The notes under the pieces are model-generated. The model did no database searches. It had not been told where the DNA came from and saw only the letters and a list, made by a program, of their open reading frames with translations. The position numbers and the translations under genes are program-made. From Antedon mediterranea (lineage: Eukaryota > Animalia > Echinodermata), in NCBI RefSeq assembly GCF_964355755.1, contig NC_092676.1, forward strand, positions 27,794,871 through 27,858,870: 64,000 nt of DNA, written 5' to 3'. Positions 60,601 to 64,000 of the stretch are shown piece by piece; within the stretch, counting starts at the first letter, position 1; each line of letters starts with the position of its first letter.

Positions 60601-63402
60601 GCAGTGTAATAAGAGGTTATTAAGGCGCTGGTTTCCAACAGCTAAATCTATTATTACTACTATTACTTATACAGTGAATACCCCAAATCTAGAGATTTTT
60701 GTGAACATGTGCAGATGTTTGTCACTCTACTATTGGCTTTGCAGTTTTAGTACCTTGTATTACAGTTTAGCACTCTTTAATGGCGGATCCAGGATTTTTA
60801 AATAAGAAGGAAGGAATCGGGGTGTAAAAGTTTTAAAATAAACTGGTGAACTTAACCTAGTATTAATTCTATATTTTGCATTTAGGATCTTCGATCCTAT
60901 ACTGCTTTTAACAATACAACATATTTGATGTTTGTGTAATTTTGGTGGTATTATTAATCCAAATGAATTAAATTCTTGATTTGTTCAATAATTGATTGCT
61001 GTGTATTTTGCATATTAATTATAATGCTTATTGTAATGAATACTAATTCGTTTGACTTTTCTCCGAAATTCAATAATTCATGTATCTAACATTTAATTTC
61101 TAACAAATATATTTATAAATATTAATACAAAATTAGTGGAAATAATTATTGAATCTGTTTAAATAATTGACAAATTATATCTGTAACAAAATCTACATAT
61201 AATTATTGAAATAATCTAAAAATAAACCATTATATTATAGCATTATGTTTCTATAGTAATGTACCTGAGTAAAAAAGTATAATATTGTATCTAATCATAA
61301 TATTTGTTTTATAAATATTACATTTTTAACATTAATTATTGTCATTTTAACAACGAGGTACAGATTAAATTTGGTTGTCTGGCTTACATTTTGATTTACA
61401 AACAATTTTACAATGAATAAAAAATAAAAAGCCTGTAACCAATGAATCTAAAGAGATCTTACGAACTTGCTAACATATATGCATGCTCTTGTTATAAAAA
61501 AATAAATCCAACAGAAAATAGACTTTATATTTGTTTTGAATATTAATAAATGCATTACTGTTACTACACCGGTGTGCCCTTGACATCTGCTTATTTTGTA
61601 ATGATAAAATTATAATACATTTTATAAATGCATTTTTTACATGAAAACTGAATATTTAATAATGTGTTAAAACACAGTGAAATCAATACTTTTGTAGTAA
61701 ACAAAAATATTTAAAATAATTTATAAAATTTTAATTTATGATTAATAAAAGAAATTACAAATTGTATTTATAAATATTTTGCTTTAATATTTTGCGCACA
61801 ATTTTGTAATAATAAGAAGAGATACTGTAAAGCTATGTCTACACTATCATCCTTGATGTGACAGAAAAATGTGATGTGCCCATATATGGACGTGATGATG
61901 TCATATCACTACCATATTTGGGCATATCACTACCATATTTGGCCACATCACACTTTTTTGTCAAACTAGTTTGATAGAGTAGACAGCAAGCTAAAATTTT
62001 AAATAAGATATGTTCGAGTTGATGTCAAATTCTTAACTAATATTGTCAAACAGCGAGCTAAAACTAGTCCATTTTGCCTGAAACCACACACACGATAATG
62101 TCAGACTCGCTGACTTCTGATTTAACTACAGCAACAAATAACCCTTCAAGTACGTACTTGTCACCAAACATGAATTAAAAATGAAAAACTCACTCTAAAG
62201 ATAAAATAATTGTAGCAGTTTTCCGGGTTTTAGTTGCGAACTTATTTAACTGCAGCACTAATTTAATTAGGTTATAATGTTTAAACAATTTGAAGAAATT
62301 GCAGTTTATTGATTAAGAAAATGTTGATTAACTAGGGGCGGATCCAGGATTTTTTAAACGAAGGAGCTCCAACAAATAGTATGTCTGACAAAAATAGATA
62401 TAAAAAGTAGTTTATAATCTCATTTTAGCTTTCAAAAAAAGGGAAAAGCTCATTATTTATTGAGCACAACACGTAATTTCTACTACTAGTAATAGTCGAG
62501 TAAAGCAGAATTTTTGTTTTTATTTTTTCATTCAGCATCGAAAGTTAGAAGCTCAAGCCTACAAAACACCGGTAGCATACCTCTTCTCACCTGTTGTTAT
62601 ATCATGGATTTTATTCTTTTTTGCGATATCTTTGTCCGACTACGAACAGCAGTCGTCACTCCCAACGGTAAGATAATTATTTAGTAAAAAGTTTAATACT
62701 CAAGTTTAACATTCACGTCGTTTTTGTTGATATTGTGACTTGTTTTCTTACTTTTTTTCTTATTTTTTTTGTTATCACTTACTTACGCACTATCCAGGAA
62801 CTTACAAGGATTTTAAAAGTATAAGAGATCATTATGTGAACAGTTGGGGATTTGTCGTTGACGTGTTAGCCGTACTACCACTTGACCTTATCTGTTTATA
62901 CACGCAAGATACAGACGACAGAACGATAGCTCTCTACAGATTACGTCTCAATCGACTAGTCAAATATTGGAGAGTAAGTTTCGTTTCCAAGTACATTTTT
63001 TTTGTATTTTATCTTTTCTGATTTGAAAATTTGAAATTTCTATAACCAAAGCATGCAGTGTGTTCTTTTGGTAACAAATAATGCAATGTATTTCATTGCA
63101 CAAGTTTAATATCACAAGAGGGCGCCATATGCCAGCAAAGAAAATTATAATTTTTTTACTAATTTTATATCAATTAATCCACTTATTGTAATATGTGTTT
63201 TAAACTTTTGTTTGTAAGTAAATCCAGAATAATCACTTTTTTAATTTTTCTATTTTTAGATACTTGATTATTTTAAGAACTTGGAGAAAGATTTAAATGT
63301 CAAAATCGGCACCATTCGTGTGTTCAAATTTGTGATAAACATCTCTTTACTGTCCCATTGGAGTGCTTGCTTCTGGTATATTGTCGCCTGCATTACAGGA
63401 AT
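9873..63402 (+). CDS. CNGK: Multi-repeat K+-selective cyclic nucleotide-gated channel (CNGK/tetraKCNG-like), 14 exons in window, 3'-incomplete
   Basis: Exons 9873-10440, 34652-34834, 35906-35987, 37624-37801, 44156-44320, 45079-45225, 47066-47131, 47579-47693, 54824-54964, 55597-55706, 57635-57785, 62536-62667, 62798-62973, 63260-63402 all join in phase (2357 nt). Encodes S1-S6, pore YWAVATTTSTGYGDI, C-linker, CNBD (LFGEVNLIFSMPRT), linker, then a second S1-S5. Confidence 0.85.
10379..10766 (+). repeat. Degenerate tandem duplication (about 190 bp) spanning the exon 1 donor
   Basis: ACTTGCCCAATAT..TTGCATGAA..TTTGCTTCG..CGGATAGAA..ATTAAAATAAC..CATTGGCC..TGTTTGGTTT occurs at 10379 and again at 10568. 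Confidence 0.75.
10885..11330. repeat. TAGGCCTA / CTAGGC palindromic low-complexity cluster
   Basis: Many overlapping AGGCCT/CCTAGG palindromes. Confidence 0.85.
12316..12502 (+). repeat. Dispersed repeat, second copy at about 18541-18717
   Basis: ATAGCAAAAAGCTATA..TTATTGCTACACATTT..GTGTAGCAA..CTCGACTCAAAAATCAGTTTGATTAGCAATATTGC shared. Confidence 0.8.
14578..14849 (+). repeat. Tandem duplication, about 148-bp unit x2
   Basis: AAGAATTTCTCCA..TTGCCTCGCCG..AAGTATCAATGC..GCCTTAATGATC repeated. Confidence 0.8.
17085..17660 (+). repeat. GC-rich minisatellite, about 61-bp unit, about 9-10 copies
   Basis: Unit GTGTCACTCGCGTGGCCCTCCAACCC..TATGGGGCTGGTCCATGGTTTATCTCACGACTC. Confidence 0.92.
20984..21607. 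mobile_element. Two MITE family A copies in opposite orientation (20984-21130, 21448-21607)
   Basis: TIR and internal CACTACCATATTTGGG repeats. Confidence 0.85.
23628..23773. mobile_element. MITE family A copy
   Basis: TIRs and internal motif. Confidence 0.8.
24257..24631. mobile_element. MITE with about 65-bp inverted arms (CACTAGGACGATAAC...)
   Basis: Arms CACTAGGACGATAAC..ACGATAAATAGATAAACATACATTTTTC and their reverse complement at about 24560-24621. Confidence 0.75.
25520..25555. mobile_element. 36-bp palindromic footprint (17+2+17) with 7-bp TSD ATTATAT
   Basis: CATAGAGATATTATAGT-TC-ACTATAATATCTCTATG flanked by ATTATAT on both sides. Confidence 0.7.
25836..25950 (+). repeat. Dispersed repeat, inverted second copy at about 30056-30200
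   Basis: ACTTGCTCCA..GTATGCAACGCCATATGTGCCAAAATATT..CCGTCTGTAACCCAGAT matches the reverse complement of 30056-30200. Confidence 0.65.
26315..26339. mobile_element. 25-bp palindromic footprint (12+1+12) with 7-bp TSD GTATCAT
   Basis: CATGGAGAAATA-T-TATTTCTCCATG flanked by GTATCAT on both sides. Confidence 0.7.
26811..26946. mobile_element. MITE family A copy
   Basis: TIRs and internal motif. Confidence 0.8.
27876..28034. mobile_element. MITE family A copy
   Basis: TIRs and internal motif. Confidence 0.8.
28112..28744. mobile_element. Cluster of three MITE family B copies (two tandem, one inverted)
   Basis: Junction ...GGAACCACGCTT-C-AAGCTTGG at 28295-28297; third copy reversed at 28564. 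Confidence 0.9.
34652..34834 (+). CDS. CNGK: Channel exon 2: repeat-1 S5
   Basis: IRTIKY...IHFLACFWYLLSC; phase 1 at both ends. Confidence 0.88.
34846..35152 (+). repeat. Imperfect (CAT)n microsatellite
   Basis: Starts about 11 nt after the exon 2 donor. Confidence 0.95.
35261..35748. mobile_element. Non-autonomous DNA transposon with CACTG termini and TA flanks (CACTA/EnSpm-like)
   Basis: About 65-bp TIRs CACTGTAAAAATAGTGTTTAGATCTTAAACA...; internal CCACACATGTTTAG repeats; related fragment at about 18026-18210. Confidence 0.8.
35906..35987 (+). CDS. CNGK: Channel exon 3: pore helix
   Basis: YIVSLYWAVATTTSTG; donor splits the first Gly codon of GYGD. Confidence 0.9.
36391..36665 (+). repeat. 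Imperfect (CAT)n microsatellite
   Basis: Direct reading. Confidence 0.95.
37329..38774. mobile_element. MITE family B copies around exon 4 (37329-37532, 38056-38197, 38566-38774); the first and third share a distinct internal subtype
   Basis: Same TIR; internal GTAAGAAAAT...GAAATCAAAC...CCACTTGTGATTACGC shared by two copies. Confidence 0.8.
37624..37801 (+). CDS. CNGK: Channel exon 4: selectivity filter and S6
   Basis: (G)YGDISAITQEEKAYSIVAMLLGIGVFYGVILGGMASMMTNFDSQRARY. Confidence 0.92.
39340..39590 (+). repeat. Tandem repeat, about 90-bp unit x3
   Basis: TGCTTGGG..TTCTGTTT..TCTGGACGCCAAATAAAAATGATGATTTTAAAC repeated. Confidence 0.8.
40361..40718 (-). mobile_element. tRNA-derived SINE with Deu/Nin-like central domain
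   Basis: Minus strand: A box TGACCGAGCGG, B box GGTTCGAGGCC, core TCGGATAAGGACTATAAACC..GGTCC..AAAGAACCC..AAGAGTAGGGG..CCCCGG, (AAAT)n tail. Confidence 0.8.
40831..40900 (-). mobile_element. Isolated L2-type LINE/SINE 3' tail
   Basis: Minus strand TGTACAGCGCATTGAG...AATGCGCTATATAAGAAC followed by ATT repeats. Confidence 0.6.
41705..42042 (+). repeat. Tandem repeat, about 110-115-bp unit x3
   Basis: AACAACCGTACATAATGTAC..GGACCCTATGACGTAACGCAATGACGT..CAACGCAAGTA repeated; resembles a MITE-B arm. Confidence 0.85.
44156..44320 (+). CDS. CNGK: Channel exon 5: C-linker
   Basis: VVGYYEYLWVRKKG...LPLTFHAEVSLSANKYILDK. Confidence 0.9.
44374..44670 (+). repeat. Imperfect (CAT)n microsatellite
   Basis: Starts about 55 nt after the exon 5 donor. 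Confidence 0.95.
44921..45094 (+). repeat. 44-bp tandem repeat x4 containing the exon 6 acceptor
   Basis: GTCATATTTTATTTTTTATATTATAG-GCTCCTATGTTCCAGAA; exon-like starts at 44948, 44992, 45036, 45079. Confidence 0.92.
45079..45225 (+). CDS. CNGK: Channel exon 6: CNBD start
   Basis: APMFQNLSEGFLRMLSLEIKPSLYLPNQ...MFFIHRGEAE. Confidence 0.9.
45363..45521. mobile_element. MITE family A copy
   Basis: TIRs and internal motif. Confidence 0.85.
47066..47131 (+). CDS. CNGK: Channel exon 7: CNBD beta roll
   Basis: VLSPEDDETSITRLRHGRLFGE; donor GTGAGT. Confidence 0.88.
47579..47693 (+). CDS. CNGK: Channel exon 8: phosphate-binding cassette and B helix
   Basis: VNLIFSMPRTNGIRASAHCDLMVLDRADLQNVLHHYPE. 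Confidence 0.9.
49845..49918 (+). mobile_element. Probable 5'-truncated LINE 3' tail
   Basis: GAGGGTCC..ATCAGCTTCAGCTGGAT..GGACCACCCTC stem-loop followed by GAAATAAAATAA. Confidence 0.4.
50227..50750 (+). repeat. Complex local tandem duplications
   Basis: TCAGATTCACTTTATAGCAGTGTAGCCTCAATACAC twice; CTCAATACAC..GTTACCAAAA..AACAAAATTAAATTAT again at about 50562. Confidence 0.75.
50894..51092 (+). repeat. Tandem repeat, about 70-bp unit x3
   Basis: TGACAATGCTGTG..AGTGGCTGGATCTCAATGGAGATACAAAATAAAATAAG. Confidence 0.85.
54824..54964 (+). CDS. CNGK: Channel exon 9: C helix and inter-repeat linker
   Basis: VAKKLQQIAEER...; ttttacag acceptor, A/GTAAGA donor, phase-consistent. Confidence 0.8.
55597..55706 (+). 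CDS. CNGK: Channel exon 10: linker
   Basis: KLSAKLTGKHEVQAVDALNIEE...; GTAAGT donor; needed to restore phase 0 for the next exon. Confidence 0.75.
55825..55982. mobile_element. MITE family A copy
   Basis: TIRs and internal motif. Confidence 0.85.
57418..57516 (+). repeat. Short minisatellite AAACCCCTATTATGGG
   Basis: About 5 degenerate copies. Confidence 0.75.
57635..57785 (+). CDS. CNGK: Channel exon 11: repeat-2 S1
   Basis: ILMPNSRFAKYWERLVLLLTLIIVMVYPYVASF. Confidence 0.88.
58092..58398 (+). repeat. 17-bp minisatellite TAATTACTGCAGTATAA, about 17-18 copies
   Basis: Direct reading. Confidence 0.92.
60474..60543 (+). repeat. 35-bp perfect tandem duplication
   Basis: TGATTGTATACAGTACACCGTACTGCACAATCT twice. 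Confidence 0.85.
62536..62667 (+). CDS. CNGK: Channel exon 12: repeat-2 S2
   Basis: YIMDFILFCDIFVRLRTAVVTPN. Confidence 0.88.
62798..62973 (+). CDS. CNGK: Channel exon 13: repeat-2 S3-S4
   Basis: IRDHYVNSWGFVVDVLAVLPLD...LYRLRLNRLVKYWR. Confidence 0.9.
63260..63402 (+). CDS. CNGK: Channel exon 14: repeat-2 S5
   Basis: ILDYFKNLEKD...IRVFKF...HWSACFWYIVAC; donor GTAAGT at 63403. Confidence 0.88.
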
Positions 63403-63441
63403 GTAAGTATACATTTATTTAATTACGTTTTGACTTTCTTA

Positions 63442-63618
63442 AGCTCTGTCCACACTATCAAACTAGTTTGACAAAAAAAGTGTGATGTGCCCAAATATGG
63501 TACTGATTTTTGAAAATGGTACTGATATTCCCAAATATCGTAATGATATGACATCATCATGTCCATATATGGACACACATTTTGTTGTCATATAAAATTT
63601 GATAGTGTAAACAGAGCT
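63442..63618. mobile_element. MITE family A copy about 40 nt after the exon 14 donor
   Basis: TIRs and internal motif. Confidence 0.85.
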
Positions 63619-63819
63619 TTAGGATTTCTGTCATATCCAATCAAAATACCTTGAATCCATGTTTTTGGCATTCAATATGAAGTTTTAAAAAAAAATGGTA
63701 TTGTGAAGGACTTAAACCCTGACAGTGACACCCTGGCAGTGACACCCTGGATATGTAGGCAAATATTTTAACCACCAAGCTACAGTTCCACTATTAAAGA
63801 TCTATGCTTAAAATCAAAG

Positions 63820-63990
63820 AATGCATTTACTTTACTAAAAATTGTCAATTGTGGATTTGCCATCTGGGAGCATAAATTATTGAAACTATAAACTTTTTTT
63901 TTATTCAAATGATGTATAAACATTTCTTTTTACTAAAAATTGTCATTTGTGGATTTGCCATCTTGAAGCATAAATTAGTAAAACTATCAA
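63820..63990 (+). repeat. Tandem duplication, about 98-bp unit x2
   Basis: TTTACTAAAAATTGTCA.TTGTGGATTTGCCATCT..AGCATAAATTA..AAACTAT repeated. Confidence 0.8.
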
Positions 63991-64000
63991 TTTTTTTTAT

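Noticed and set aside
60780-62360. GGCGGATCCAGGATTTTT motifs at about 60782 and 62337 as one transposon
   Set aside because: Same orientation, so not a TIR pair; likely two isolated end fragments

Overview
AT-rich, intron-rich animal genomic DNA. A marine invertebrate deuterostome, possibly an echinoderm, is inferred from gene content and a Deu/Nin-type SINE. In order, the window holds three main elements. (1) The 3' end of an intact-looking CR1/L2-group LINE (RT ORF to 1069, stem-loop, AAT tail) inserted into a MITE. (2) A complete TYSND1-like peroxisomal protease gene with 8 coding exons (2848-7311, about 549 aa, H/D/S triad, C-terminal SKL). (3) The first 14 coding exons (9873-63402, about 785 aa, running off the window) of a K+-selective cyclic-nucleotide-gated channel. 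In it, a full 6TM + GYGD pore + CNBD module is followed in frame by a second S1-S5 module, as in the sperm CNGK/tetraKCNG multi-repeat channels. The introns, including a 24.2 kb first intron, carry about 21 copies of one MITE family, about 12 of another, other TIR elements, a tRNA-derived SINE, minisatellites and (CAT)n tracts. Oddities worth follow-up: a quadruplicated 3' splice site, a candidate internal promoter at a CpG-rich to CpG-poor switch (about 46.6 kb), two P-element-like excision footprints with 7-bp TSDs, and a DR1-like tandem array starting at the TYSND1 stop codon. All gene models were spliced by eye; no database searches were run.
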